A stretch of 64,000 nucleotides of DNA from Cyanophyceae cyanobacterium. Its GTDB lineage: Bacteria > Cyanobacteriota > Cyanobacteriia > Cyanobacteriales > JBHJGN01. The notes beneath the pieces are model-generated. The model saw only the letters and a list, made by a program, of their open reading frames with translations, was not told where the DNA came from and made no database searches. Shown here piece by piece: positions 18,399-29,360 of this stretch. The first letter of the stretch is position 1. Every line of letters begins with the position of its first letter. The stretch lies in NCBI GenBank assembly GCA_050331735.1, contig JBHJGN010000006.1, positions 41,856 to 105,855 of the forward strand, given 5' to 3'. The translations under genes were made by a program, and so were the position numbers.

Positions 18399-19777
18399 TA
18401 CTGCATCTCCATTTTGTCTAACACTTCTAGAGCCAGAGCTTCAAATTCAGCGGCAGAAACATCAGCCGTAGAGACGGCTTTAGCATACTCAAAGATAGAT
18501 TTAGGGTCGGGAACCTCTAAATCTCCGACCGAAAGAGTTTGATTGACGCAATGGGAGAGATGCATTCTTTCTGAAATCATATTTTCCATCAGGGGAAGCT
18601 GATAGCGCTCTGGAATGATGCTTCGATGTTTAGGAAAAGTATGCTGAAGATATTTGGCATGGGTGGATATTTTAGAAGGAAGCACTCCCATAATTTTGAT
18701 CGGTGGTTTTCCTAATCCTTCTTTGTTTTCGTTAATTTGTTTAGTGATAAAGTTTTTGACGCTTTCTAGTCCTTGATTAGAAAAAGGCTTAAGGTCCGAA
18801 GGAATAATTAAATAGTCAGCCGCCGTTAGCGCCACTTCTGCATACAAATCTAGAGAGGGGGGAGTGTCGATAATGACAATATCATATTGATCTTTAACTT
18901 TTTCCAATTTTTTGACGAGGCGGAATCTACTGGCTCCGTACTGAACTAGCTCATTTTGCCGCTCGATGAGAGTAATGTGGGAGGGAACCACATCAATTTC
19001 TGGCTGATTGAAGTAGTGAGACTGCCTGGAAAGTTCGGGAATAAAGTTAAAGTTGGTTCCTTCTAGCAAATGGTAAACGTTGCGCTCTCTAATATCATCC
19101 TCTTCTTCAAACTGAAATTTCACTAACCCCACAGCAAAGGTTGTGTTGGCTTGCGCATCGATATCAATGAGCAATACCCTTTTGCCCTTTTTTCTCAAAG
19201 CTGCTGCTAGGTTAATCGCAACAGTGGTTTTACCGACGCCACCTTTATGGTGGTAAATGGCAATTGTTTTCATAGTTGGTTGACGATTAAGGTTAAGTTG
19301 AGATGCAGCGGCACTCAGATAAGTGGAAAACTGACCAGCGTCAGAGACAGTTTGATTAAGGTTATTTTTACCGATTAACGCGTTGATACCCTCTAAATTC
19401 TGCTCGATTTGCTGACCAAGACATTGAAAAACTAACTGAATCGCGTCTTGGTCCCTCTGATAAATTCTAATTTCTCGTCCATTTGTCAACAGTCCATAGG
19501 GCGCCCTTAATCGGGTTAGATAAATTCTGAGCTTGCGCTCGTGACGCTCTAGATTTTCTTGGGGATGTTTGGCTTCTAGGACGACAAACGGCAATTGTGT
19601 TGACGGAGACGGCATCACCCGGTTAGCGAAAGCGAGAAAATCTAGACGGATATTGCCAAAGGCTACTTCTTGATGCCAGGTATCAGGAGAGTAGCCGAGC
19701 TTAGGCAGCAAATACTGAACAATGAGTTTACTTTCAACTTCGCTTTCGTTGCGACAAAGAGAGGGATCGAAGCTCAA
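18398..19777 (-). CDS. HsdR_N-type PD-(D/E)XK nuclease domain fused to ParA/Soj ATPase
   Basis: N-terminal ESEVE..LIVQYLLPKLGY, QEV, RLDF, LEAK, YGLLTNG; C-terminal KGGVGKTT, DIDAQAN, DTPP. Confidence 0.9.
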   Translation of the reverse strand: MSFDPSLCRNESEVESKLIVQYLLPKLGYSPDTWHQEVAFGNIRLDFLAFANRVMPSPSTQLPFVVLEAKHPQENLERHERKLRIYLTRLRAPYGLLTNGREIRIYQRDQDAIQLVFQCLGQQIEQNLEGINALIGKNNLNQTVSDAGQFSTYLSAAASQLNLNRQPTMKTIAIYHHKGGVGKTTVAINLAAALRKKGKRVLLIDIDAQANTTFAVGLVKFQFEEEDDIRERNVYHLLEGTNFNFIPELSRQSHYFNQPEIDVVPSHITLIERQNELVQYGASRFRLVKKLEKVKDQYDIVIIDTPPSLDLYAEVALTAADYLIIPSDLKPFSNQGLESVKNFITKQINENKEGLGKPPIKIMGVLPSKISTHAKYLQHTFPKHRSIIPERYQLPLMENMISERMHLSHCVNQTLSVGDLEVPDPKSIFEYAKAVSTADVSAAEFEALALEVLDKMEMQ

Positions 19778-20074
19778 CTTTTTAGGGTAGCGTTTAAGTC
19801 AGGGGATTGTAGACTTGATTGTCTCGGAAAAGTAAGCCTCTACACAATAGTTAAGACTACGTAATTATCGGCTTCAGGTTTACTTTCTGGAACTTCTTAG
19901 CAAAAAGTAAAATATATTACAATCGTGAAATTACGTAAAAAGTGGCGAACAGACCTTCTCGTGGTCTGTGGAGAAGGGAGAGCATCCACTTCGTCCTTGG
20001 TTATTAGTCCTTTGTCCGAATGGCTAAGGAGGTGACATCCTCCGAATATGCCCTGTGGGGCTCAGTTAATGCTG

Positions 20075-22251
20075 TTAAGCTACGGTGGTAGTGCTAACCG
20101 GGAAGAACGATAAAGTATCAAGGCGGTCAGGGCTCACTCCCTGAACAATTGCTAGCGTCTCGTCTTCAAAGTTGATCAAGGCATCGTTGGTTCCGTTAAT
20201 GGATAGATCTCTAAAGCGGAGATTATCTAAGGCGATGAAGTCGGTGCCGACTTCAAAGTCAACAATGGTATCTGTTCCTTCGCTAGCACCGAGGACAAAA
20301 ACATCTCGACCTTCCCCTCCAGAGAAATCATCCCCTTGAAGCGTGTTGTTACCCGGTCCACCCCCTAGCACATCATCCCCATACAACTGGTCGTCGTCTA
20401 AACCGCCCAGAAGCAAGTCGTTGCCGCCCTTACCGCCGAGGCGATCGCTGCCTGCCCCGCCGACCAGAGTATCGTTGCCGCCTTCTGTTCCCCCTGGAGA
20501 GCGGCTGTTAAGGTCTCCACGCAGCACGTCATCGCCGTTGCCGCCAAAAATTTCATCATCGCCTGCTAAACCCGCGATGGTATCGCTCCCGCTACCGCCA
20601 GAAATGAGGTCAATGTTGTCGCGATCGAGGAGGGTATTGCTCTCTTCAGTGCCGATAAGACCTGTAGAAGGCGCAGGACCAAAAATAACATAGCTCTCGC
20701 CGCGGCGATCGTTATAGTCGAAGTCGTAGCCAACAATTAGATTCCCTGCACCAGGAGCGCCGATAATAAAGTCGTCAAAGCCGTCGCCATTAACGTCTCC
20801 TGCTTCGCTGACCGAGCTGCCTAAAAGATCCAAGGGATCAATGCCGCTGAGAGTAAAGCCATTAGTGCCATCTAGTTCAGCAAGATCTAAGCTCGCATCA
20901 AACCCGCTTCTGCCAAACACTACGTAGGTCTCGCCTCGGCCATTACTATAAATGCCAAAATCACTATAAACTAGCTCTCCTGCACTAGGAGCACCGATAA
21001 TGAGGTCATCAAAGCCATCACCATTAACGTCTCCCGATCCGCTCACCGACCTGCCGGAATAGTCTTCGGCGTCAACTCCTCTAAGGACAAAACCATTGGT
21101 TCCATCTAGCTCAGCTAAATCCAAGTTTGCGTCGAACCCATTACTGCTACCGAACACGACATAGCTCTCGCCGGCTTCATAATTCCCGTTAGGATCAGCC
21201 TCATCAGCCCCAATAATTATGTCGTCAATCCCATCACTGTTTATGTCTCCAGCTTCGCTCACCGACCTGCCGGAATAGTCTCCGGCATCAATTCCTCTAA
21301 GGACAAAGCCATTAGTACCATGTACTAATCTAGCCAGATTTTGACTAACGCCGCTTGGGAAGCTAGGAAGCGGAGGAGGAGAACTACCTAGCGTAATTTC
21401 AATCTCATAGTCGCCAGTGCTGGCAAAAAAATCAACTTCACCGCTTCCCTCTACCAAAGGATTGTATTCGGAATTAGTAACGTCGCTGACACCAATGAAG
21501 TAAGTGTCAGAGGTAGAAGTGGTAAAGTCAATTAGAGATTCAGAACTACTGCTGCTAACACTGCTAACTTCTACTCTCTCTCCGTTTGAGTCAAAAAGCC
21601 CCAGGATTGCCTCTAGCACAAAGTCTTCTCTATCTACATGAGCAACCAGGCGATCGCCCGCGTCAAGCTGCACCTCGAACAGATCGACATCCGCCCCTGG
21701 AGTAACGTTGAAATTATCACCAATAGCACCAGAGAAGCTAAACGTGCTCAGGTTTTCAGCGCTTAACCCCGTTGGCGTTGCGGTCGCAATGGTATCGTTC
21801 GGTTCATATGTAGGGGACTCTCAAGGGTAATTTCAAGCGAATACTCGCCAGTACTACCAAAGTCTCCACTTCCTTCTGTGAAAGGATCGTAGGAAAAATT
21901 ACTATAGCCGCTGACTCCAATAAAGTAAGTATCAGAGACAACAGCGGTAAAGTTTATTAAAGAGTCTAAACTGCCAAAATCATCATCATTAACCGCAACT
22001 TCATTTCCGTTGGCAGCAAACAGACGCAAAATTGAATCTAGCGAGGAGCCGACGATATCAGCTTCAATGTCGATCGTGAGGCGATCGCCCACATCAAGCT
22101 GTACCTTAAACAGATCGACATCCGATTGAGGAGCTATATCTGGGTTATCACCAATCTCCCCAGAAAAACTCAGCCGCCCCAAATTATTAGCGCTTAAGCC
22201 TGTCGGGGTTGCGGTTGCTAGCGTATCGTTTCGTTCAGAAAAAGTTACCAT
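20075..22251 (-). pseudogene. Frameshifted secreted/surface protein: two PPC domains + FG-GAP (integrin-like) repeats + RTX Ca-binding repeats
   Basis: ORFs 21763-22251 and 20075-21673 join if one C is added to the C4 run (plus-strand GGGG 21813-21816), giving ...ITLESPPTYEPNDTIATATPTGLS...; GDVNGDGFDD and GGxGxD repeats. Confidence 0.82.
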
Positions 22252-23216
22252 TACTTGTTTCTTTTGAGTTGTTGGTCACACTTGAAGTGCTGTTTCAAGC
22301 GCACCAGTTGTTGCCACAAACCAACATTTACGCTGTAGCTATTCCACAAATACATCCCCAATTTATGGCAATCCAGATTATTGCCATAAATTTTCTGCAC
22401 TCAAAAATTAGTTAGCTATTCTTTCGCTAATGTTATTGCGGACGCTTTGCCTTCCTGATGATGTGTTTGCTAGGAGCAAGTTAGCGCAAATAAAATGACT
22501 CGCTCATCGACCATCAATAAAATCTGGCGGGGTACTGCTAGATAGCACTTTCTGTACTAGTTATTAAAATTTAATCCATCCTCAAATTTTTACTTCTGCT
22601 TGATAGCAGCATTTTTTGCTTAAATTACGAGTTTGATTGTCTCAAAAAGATTGGCTTTTGTGCATTAGTAAAATTACTTAGTGGTTTAATTAAAATCAAA
22701 GCTTCTTGGTTTCTCAACATCAGTAAAAATACGTAGCTATTCGTATTTCTTTGGATTGCTTATCCTACATAGAATGAAAGGACAAATTCTACTGCATTTT
22801 TCAGTTGTGTTGCAATCGAAAAAACAACCGCATTTTTTTGAAAATTACCAATTATTTTTAGTGGTCGCCACCAAGTAAATGAGCGAACGTTGATTGCTTT
22901 TTGCAGTCTATAAAAAGGCAAAAATAACCTGATTGGTCATTATGTTTTTTCCGAAAACGCCATTTTTAAGGACTACCAATCAATTTACTCTAGGCAACAT
23001 AAACGGAGTTTTAAAGCCTAAAATTGGCTAAGCAAGACAAGAAGCAATTATAGGCATTATCAAAATTTTCTACTAAAGAACTTAAAAGTAGCAGCATCAA
23101 GACAATCCGCCCGGTATGAGGGGACGTTTTCCTGGAATTGAACTAACTGGGGTTTTTCTAGGGCTAACTCGTTACGGTACGCTGGAAGTAACATCTAGAT
23201 AGCACTCATGAACTGA

Positions 23217-24527
23217 GTGTTCCTTTCTATGACCCAAGCGATCGCTGACTTCAAAACTCTGTCAGATGTAGACTTTGTTGAGTGGAATCAGCTAGAGTCT
23301 CCGTGGCAGGAGAGAATTACCGGAGCGATTGCCCCTGGAGGCGCTGGGCTTGACCCAATCGCGACTCGTCCTCCAAGTGCCCTCGTCTATCCCCACACGC
23401 CAGAAGCCCTGTCAGCAGCTCTTAAACTGGCTCATCAACAGCGCTTGGCAATCCTTCCCTGTGGCGGTGGGAGTAAACTCAATTGGGGAGGGCTAGTGCA
23501 AGAGGCTCAACTCGCCATTAGTACTCAGCGGCTTAATCGGATTGTTGAACATGCCGTCGGCGACTTAACGGTGACGGTGGAGGCGGGAGTCAAACTGAGG
23601 GATCTGCAAGACGTTTTGAAGTCTAAGCAGCAGTTTTTGCCCCTCGATCCGGCTTATCCTGATGAGGCAACGATGGGCGGTATTGTTGCCACCGCCGATA
23701 CGGGCAGTTGGCGACAGCGCTATGGTGGAGTGCGAGATATGGTGCTCGGGCTAACTTTTGTGCGGGCGGATGGTCAGATGGCCAAAGCCGGAGGGCGAGT
23801 GGTGAAAAACGTGGCAGGGTATGACCTGATGAAGCTGTTTACCGGCTCCTATGGAACGCTGGGAGTGATATCGCAAATCACCTTCAGGGTCTATCCGCTA
23901 CCGGACGCATCGACCACAGTGCTGCTCACTGGAGAAGCAGAAGCGATCGCTACCGCTGCCCAAACCTTACGCAATTCTTCCCTTACTCCCACCGCTGCTG
24001 ATTTACTTTCGGCTTCTCGAGTTCAGCAACTAGAACTAGGACAGCACATGGGGTTGAGAGTTCGCTTTCAAAGCATCCCAGAAAGCGTTCAAGAACAAGC
24101 CACACAGCTTAAGGCGATCGCCCAAGAGTTAGGATTAACCAGAGAAGAAGTAGACGAAGCTCAACTATGGCAACCAATAAAGTCCCCCTCAGCCATACGG
24201 TGTAAAATCGGGGTCATTCCGTCTGCGGCTGTGGCTGTTCTGAGGGAGTCGGCTACTCTTACCGCTGGTCAAGGTTTTGGGCTCATGCACAACGGCAGCG
24301 GCTTAGGCACACTGTACTTAGATGAGTTGGAAATAGTAAAGAAGATGCGAGCGATCGCTCAGAACTACCAAGGTTTTCTGACTGTGTTAGAAGCCTCTAC
24401 TGCTTTGAAACAACAGCTTGAGCCTTGGGGATACACAGGCAATGCTCTTACCGTCATGCGCAAGCTTAAACAACAGTTCGACCCAAAAAATATTCTTAGT
24501 CCGGGTCGGTTTGTTGGAGGCATTTAA
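23217..24527 (+). CDS. glcE: Glycolate dehydrogenase FAD-binding subunit (GlcE-like)
   Basis: GGRVVKNVAGYDLMKLFTGSYGTLG and FDPKNILSPGR; adjacent to glcF. Confidence 0.88.
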   Translation: MFLSMTQAIADFKTLSDVDFVEWNQLESPWQERITGAIAPGGAGLDPIATRPPSALVYPHTPEALSAALKLAHQQRLAILPCGGGSKLNWGGLVQEAQLAISTQRLNRIVEHAVGDLTVTVEAGVKLRDLQDVLKSKQQFLPLDPAYPDEATMGGIVATADTGSWRQRYGGVRDMVLGLTFVRADGQMAKAGGRVVKNVAGYDLMKLFTGSYGTLGVISQITFRVYPLPDASTTVLLTGEAEAIATAAQTLRNSSLTPTAADLLSASRVQQLELGQHMGLRVRFQSIPESVQEQATQLKAIAQELGLTREEVDEAQLWQPIKSPSAIRCKIGVIPSAAVAVLRESATLTAGQGFGLMHNGSGLGTLYLDELEIVKKMRAIAQNYQGFLTVLEASTALKQQLEPWGYTGNALTVMRKLKQQFDPKNILSPGRFVGGI

Positions 24528-24535
24528 GTATTTTA

Positions 24536-24638
24536 TTTAGATGCTATCTATACAAATTTGTAGCATAGGGGAAGGGGAAAGGGGTAAGGTGGAAAGGAAA
24601 AAGTTGGGCTTATTTCTTCTCTGTTTAATGCGTCTAAA
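24536..24638. repeat. Small IR-bounded element with G-rich heptamer repeats in the glcE-glcF spacer
   Basis: TTTAGATGC / GCGTCTAAA ends, inner ATGCTA / TAGCAT hairpin, GGGGAAGGGGAAAGGGGTAAGG core similar to 6471-6502. Confidence 0.55.
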
Positions 24639-24665
24639 AAACTTTGTTAAATTACTACAATAACA

Positions 24666-26054
24666 ATGCAAACCTCAGATCGATCTAGCAACCTTGATGA
24701 AACCAATTCAGCGCCAAACAGCTTTGATTTTCAGCAACGTCTAGAGCAATCAGGATTCGATGCTCAACATCCGCCTCAACAAGAACTGATTGATACCTGC
24801 GTTCACTGCGGATTTTGTTTGGCTACCTGTCCGAGTTACCGCGTCATTGGTAAAGAGATGGATTCTCCGAGAGGACGAATCTATTTGATGGACGCGATTA
24901 ACAAGGGTGAAGCGACATTAGACGAAACAACGACGCAACACTTCGATTCTTGTTTGGGATGTCTTGCCTGCGTCACCACCTGCCCATCTGGGGTGCAGTA
25001 TGATCGCCTGATTGCCGCGACTCGCCCCCAGGTAGAGCGCAATCAGCCCCGTTCCTTGTGGGAAAGGCTTTATCGGCAGTTAATTTTCAAAATCTTTCCC
25101 TATCCCCAGCGCCTACGTCCTCTGCTCGTGCTGCTGTGGCTGTACCAAGCGATCGGGCTACAGAAGCTGGTTCGCGCCACCGGAATTTTAAAGATTGTGC
25201 CTCGTTTAGCGGCGATGGAGTCTATCTTACCTAAGATTACAAGAGCTGCCTTTCGAGACAATTTTCCAGACGTTATTCCTGCCCAGGGAAAGCAGCGCTA
25301 TCGCGTCGGAGTTATTTTAGGCTGCGTACAGCGTCTCTTTTTCTCTCCCGTCAATGAGGCAACCGTGAGAGTGCTAACGGCGAACGGCTGCGAAGTCGTC
25401 ATTCCGAAAACCCAAGGCTGCTGTGCGGCTTTACCCGCCCACCAAGGACAGGAAGAGCAGGCACAGGCGTTGGCAAGGCAGATGATTGATAGCTTTGAGG
25501 GCACTGATGTCGATGCTGTCATTATCAACGCGGCTGGCTGCGGACATACCTTGAAAGAATACGAACATATTCTTGAAGACGATCCCGAATATCGAGAGAA
25601 AGCCAAGCAGTTCACCGCCAAAGTGAAGGACGTGCAAGAATTTCTGATGGAAGTAGGAGTGACTGCACCCCTTTCACCCCTAGCCGAGGACGACTTAGCA
25701 ATTGTGTATCAGGATGCCTGTCACCTGCTGCACGGGCAAAAGATTAGCCTCCAGCCTCGCCAGTTGCTGCGACTCATTCCGGGAGTGACGCTCAAAGAAC
25801 CGCTGGATGCTTCTCTCTGCTGCGGGAGTGCCGGAGTATACAATATGCTTCAGCCCCTCGTTGCTGATGAACTCGGACAGCAGAAAGTTGATAATTTGCT
25901 CAATACGGGCGCACAGCTAATTGCCTCGCCCAACCCGGGCTGTGCGCTGCAAATTCAGAAACACCTGCAACGCAAAGGCAAGGAAATGAAAGTGATGCAC
26001 CCAATGGAGTTGCTAGATCGTGCCATTCAGGGAGTGAAACTGAAGCTGAATTAA
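24666..26054 (+). CDS. glcF: Glycolate dehydrogenase iron-sulfur subunit
   Basis: CVHCGFCLATCP, CLGCLACVTTCP and two CCG-type domains. Confidence 0.92.
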   Translation: MQTSDRSSNLDETNSAPNSFDFQQRLEQSGFDAQHPPQQELIDTCVHCGFCLATCPSYRVIGKEMDSPRGRIYLMDAINKGEATLDETTTQHFDSCLGCLACVTTCPSGVQYDRLIAATRPQVERNQPRSLWERLYRQLIFKIFPYPQRLRPLLVLLWLYQAIGLQKLVRATGILKIVPRLAAMESILPKITRAAFRDNFPDVIPAQGKQRYRVGVILGCVQRLFFSPVNEATVRVLTANGCEVVIPKTQGCCAALPAHQGQEEQAQALARQMIDSFEGTDVDAVIINAAGCGHTLKEYEHILEDDPEYREKAKQFTAKVKDVQEFLMEVGVTAPLSPLAEDDLAIVYQDACHLLHGQKISLQPRQLLRLIPGVTLKEPLDASLCCGSAGVYNMLQPLVADELGQQKVDNLLNTGAQLIASPNPGCALQIQKHLQRKGKEMKVMHPMELLDRAIQGVKLKLN

Positions 26055-26110
26055 GTACAAAGATGGGGAGCAGTCACCTTGGTTCCGATAGTTAGCCCTA
26101 CTAAAGTGCC

Positions 26111-26527
26111 ATGAGTAACACTGTAGATGTTGAAATCATTCATGCCGCAAGGCATATCATGAGCAAGCGGTATGTGGAAGGCAAGCATCATATTGGTGCG
26201 GCTATTCGGACCAAGAGTGGCAATCTATTCGTCGGTGTCCATGTAGAAGCAAGCTGCGGTCGCATTTCAGTCTGTGGCGAAGCGGTGGCAATTGGCATTG
26301 CTGCTACCTATGGAGATACTGAGATATCTCAAATCGTAGCCGTCACTGAATCGGGCGATATTGTTCCTCCCTGCGGCATGTGTCGAGAGCTGATTTCTGA
26401 CTACGCGCCCGATGCCAGAGTAATTCTTGACACTGATGATGGCATAAAATGTGTCCCCATCCTGAAACTGCTGCCTGAAAAATATGACGGCTCAAAGTAT
26501 CTCAACAGAAGAAATGCACGTAGCTAA
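26111..26527 (+). CDS. Cytidine deaminase family, blasticidin S deaminase (Bsr)-like
   Basis: HHIGAAIRTKSG, VHVE...VCGE, PCGMCRELISDYAPD (three-Cys zinc site). Confidence 0.85.
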   Translation: MSNTVDVEIIHAARHIMSKRYVEGKHHIGAAIRTKSGNLFVGVHVEASCGRISVCGEAVAIGIAATYGDTEISQIVAVTESGDIVPPCGMCRELISDYAPDARVILDTDDGIKCVPILKLLPEKYDGSKYLNRRNARS

Positions 26528-26567
26528 CTAAAAGCTAATAGCAAGGCAATTGTATTAAACCATCTTT

Positions 26568-27725
26568 TTATATCGAATTGACATACTGAGCAAGTCTTTC
26601 CATTCCTTTTTCAATAGAGGTAGTATCTGTGGCGTAGGAAAGACGAATGCAGCCTTCAGCACCAAAGGCAGCCCCAGGAATCGCGGCGACGTGCTGAGAC
26701 TTCAGGAGAGCATTGCAAAATTCTAAAGAGGGCATTCCGGTTTTACTGATGTCTACAAACAGGTAAAATGCGCCTTGAGGTACGGCACAGGTTAACTGAG
26801 GAATCGAGCGGACCCCCTCTAACATAAGCTGCCGTCGTTGAGCAAAAGCCGCCACCATCTCTTCTACGCACGCTTGCGAATTTTCTAAAGCGGCGATCGC
26901 CCCGTATTGCGCAAAGGTACAGACGTTAGAGGTGCTGTGTCCCTGAAGTTTTGTCATCGCCTGAATCAGCTCGACAGGGCCAGCTAAGTAACCCACTCGC
27001 CATCCCGTCATGGCAAAGCTTTTGGCAAAGCCGTTACTAATAATCGTGCGTGCAAATGCTTCGGTTTCTCCAATACTAAGATGCTCAGCGCCATCGTAGA
27101 GAATCTTCTCATAAATCTCATCAGAAACTACCCATAAGTTCTGCTCAACCACTACCTTGGCAAGAGCGCGAATTTCGTCAGGTGTGTATACTATCCCCGT
27201 GGGGTTAGAAGGAGAATTCAGCACAAACAGCTTGGTTCGGGTCGTGATGCTGTTGCGGAGCTGTTGTGGGGTGAGTTTATAATCATTCTCTAACGATGTT
27301 TTGACAATCACGGGTTGACCCCCCGCTATCTTGACCATTTCAGGGTAGCTGAGCCAGTAGGGAGCCGGAATGACGACTTCATCTCCCGGCTCGATTAACG
27401 CCAGCATTAGATTAAATAAAGACTGTTTGCCCCCGTTGGTAATAATCACATTCTCGCTTCGATAATTGAGGTGATTGTCTCGATACAGCTTTTTCGCAAC
27501 GGCTTCTCGCAGCTTAGGTTCTCCGGCCGCAGGTCCGTACTTGGTTTTACCCTCGTCTAGGGCTTGTTGAGCAGCAGCTTTGACGTGAGCAGGGGTGTCA
27601 AAATCCGGTTCTCCGGTACTAAAGCTACAGACATCCATGCCCGCTTGCTTCATGGCCTTCGCCTTTGCGGCGATCGCCAACGTCATCGAAGGAGGAACTT
27701 GCTCGACTCGTGCTGCTAACTTCAT
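26568..27725 (-). CDS. aspC: PLP-dependent aminotransferase class I (aspartate aminotransferase-like)
   Basis: [18 protein letters not shown] and [14 protein letters not shown] motifs. Confidence 0.88.
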   Translation of the reverse strand: MKLAARVEQVPPSMTLAIAAKAKAMKQAGMDVCSFSTGEPDFDTPAHVKAAAQQALDEGKTKYGPAAGEPKLREAVAKKLYRDNHLNYRSENVIITNGGKQSLFNLMLALIEPGDEVVIPAPYWLSYPEMVKIAGGQPVIVKTSLENDYKLTPQQLRNSITTRTKLFVLNSPSNPTGIVYTPDEIRALAKVVVEQNLWVVSDEIYEKILYDGAEHLSIGETEAFARTIISNGFAKSFAMTGWRVGYLAGPVELIQAMTKLQGHSTSNVCTFAQYGAIAALENSQACVEEMVAAFAQRRQLMLEGVRSIPQLTCAVPQGAFYLFVDISKTGMPSLEFCNALLKSQHVAAIPGAAFGAEGCIRLSYATDTTSIEKGMERLAQYVNSI

Positions 27726-27900
27726 TATGTTTATCTCTTGTCCTTTGCGTTTGTTGGCCTAGTTGTCCAGTCTTCCTCTCAAAGTATTCTTTTATTTAAA
27801 CGAATATTGATATTTTTTTTACATAACTTTTCCCGACAGGGCTTTCAATGCGCAAAATAGGGAAGTGGTAGGATTTGAAATATAAAATAAACGTCTGATT

Positions 27901-29190
27901 GTGGCACAGGTTATTTTAGAAAACGTCTACAAAAGCTTTCCCAGCCGTTCTGGAGAAGTGGTGACAGCATCGAGTAGCCCTGTCCCACTGCCAGCCTTCA
28001 AAGCGGATGATCGTAGTGCTAAACCTCGTCGAGTCAACGTTTTGCGCTGCATCAATCTTACGATTGCCGACGGAGAATTTATGGTCTTGGTTGGACCTTC
28101 TGGATGCGGTAAAAGTACTCTTCTGCGAGTGATTGCTGGACTTGAATCCCTCACCGGAGGCAATATCCGAGTCGGCGATCGCACCGTCAATAGTTTGGCT
28201 CCCAAAGAGCGAGACATCGCTATGGTGTTTCAAAACTACGCCCTGTATCCTCACTTAGATGTTTACGATAATCTTGCTTTTGGCTTGAGACGCACCGGGA
28301 ACCAGACTCAGAAAGGAACTAGCGAGCACCTCAATCGGCACGATCAATCGCTTGCCGCTGAGTGGCTTGTCAAAGCGACGCGCCCTTTGCCTAAATCTTT
28401 GCGCTACCTCACAGAGCGAGAAAGAGCTATCGACGAACGGGTGCATAAAGTGGCACAACTGCTGCAAATTGAACCGCTGTTGCACCGACTGCCGAAACAG
28501 CTTTCTGGCGGACAGAAGCAGCGAGTTGCCCTAGGACGAGCGATCGCTCGCAACCCCCAGGTATTTCTGATGGACGAACCGCTGTCTAACCTCGATGCCA
28601 AGCTGCGGACCGAAACTCGCTCTCAGATTGTTAAACTCCAGCGCCAGTTAGGCACAACGACGATCTATGTCACCCACGATCAGACCGAAGCAATGACGAT
28701 GGGCGATCGCATTGCGGTGATGAACGAAGGCGAAATTCAGCAAATCGCTGCGCCACTAGAACTCTACAACCGTCCGGCCAATCGCTTTGTGGCCGAGTTT
28801 ATCGGTTCTCCTCCGATGAACTTTATTCCGGTGAAGTTTGCGGCTCCGCTGCTGATCACTCATCATCAGTTTCGCTGCACCCTAGCGGAAACGTGGTTTG
28901 AAGCGCTGGCTCCCTACGACGGGCGATCGCTTCTCCTCGGCGTTCGCCCTGAGCATTTTAGCCTCAGTCGTCCCGCCCCCAAAAACCTATCGGTTCAGGT
29001 CGATTTAGTCGAAGCCCTCGGCAACGACACCTATCTTTCTGTTCACCCTGTAGATGAGCCAGAATTCTCGCTCCAGGTACGGATTTCTCCAGAAAATCAG
29101 GTGCGGCGAGGAGAAAAGATTTGGCTCTCGCTCGATCTAGACAAAATTCATTTTTTTAATCCGCAAACAAATCACGCTATTCGCTCCTAA
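27901..29190 (+). CDS. MalK/UgpC-type sugar ABC transporter ATP-binding protein
   Basis: GPSGCGKS, MVFQNYALYPH, LSGGQ, DEPLSNLDA, YVTHDQ; C-terminal TOBE-like region. Confidence 0.93.
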   Translation: MAQVILENVYKSFPSRSGEVVTASSSPVPLPAFKADDRSAKPRRVNVLRCINLTIADGEFMVLVGPSGCGKSTLLRVIAGLESLTGGNIRVGDRTVNSLAPKERDIAMVFQNYALYPHLDVYDNLAFGLRRTGNQTQKGTSEHLNRHDQSLAAEWLVKATRPLPKSLRYLTERERAIDERVHKVAQLLQIEPLLHRLPKQLSGGQKQRVALGRAIARNPQVFLMDEPLSNLDAKLRTETRSQIVKLQRQLGTTTIYVTHDQTEAMTMGDRIAVMNEGEIQQIAAPLELYNRPANRFVAEFIGSPPMNFIPVKFAAPLLITHHQFRCTLAETWFEALAPYDGRSLLLGVRPEHFSLSRPAPKNLSVQVDLVEALGNDTYLSVHPVDEPEFSLQVRISPENQVRRGEKIWLSLDLDKIHFFNPQTNHAIRS

Positions 29191-29360
29191 TTTTCTTCCA
29201 GTCTTCAAAACGGTTTTGCCCCTCTTTTTTCAGTTAATGCCTGTAGAATAAAAATGCTTACACTATATTTAGTCTCTCGTTTACTTTCTAAAGAGTGAAT
29301 TTAACCAGAAAGATACTGTAAGCTCTTCCCTTGCTACAGACAAACCCTAGAACAGTTTAG

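Noticed and set aside
17679..19900. Ordinary parABS partition locus
   Set aside because: No parS palindrome seen, ParB Arg motif and HTH missing, ParA fused to a nuclease domain
22252..23216. ~960-bp AT-rich spacer as a hidden gene or array
   Set aside because: No credible ORF, periodic repeat or strong structure visible; treated as divergent promoter region
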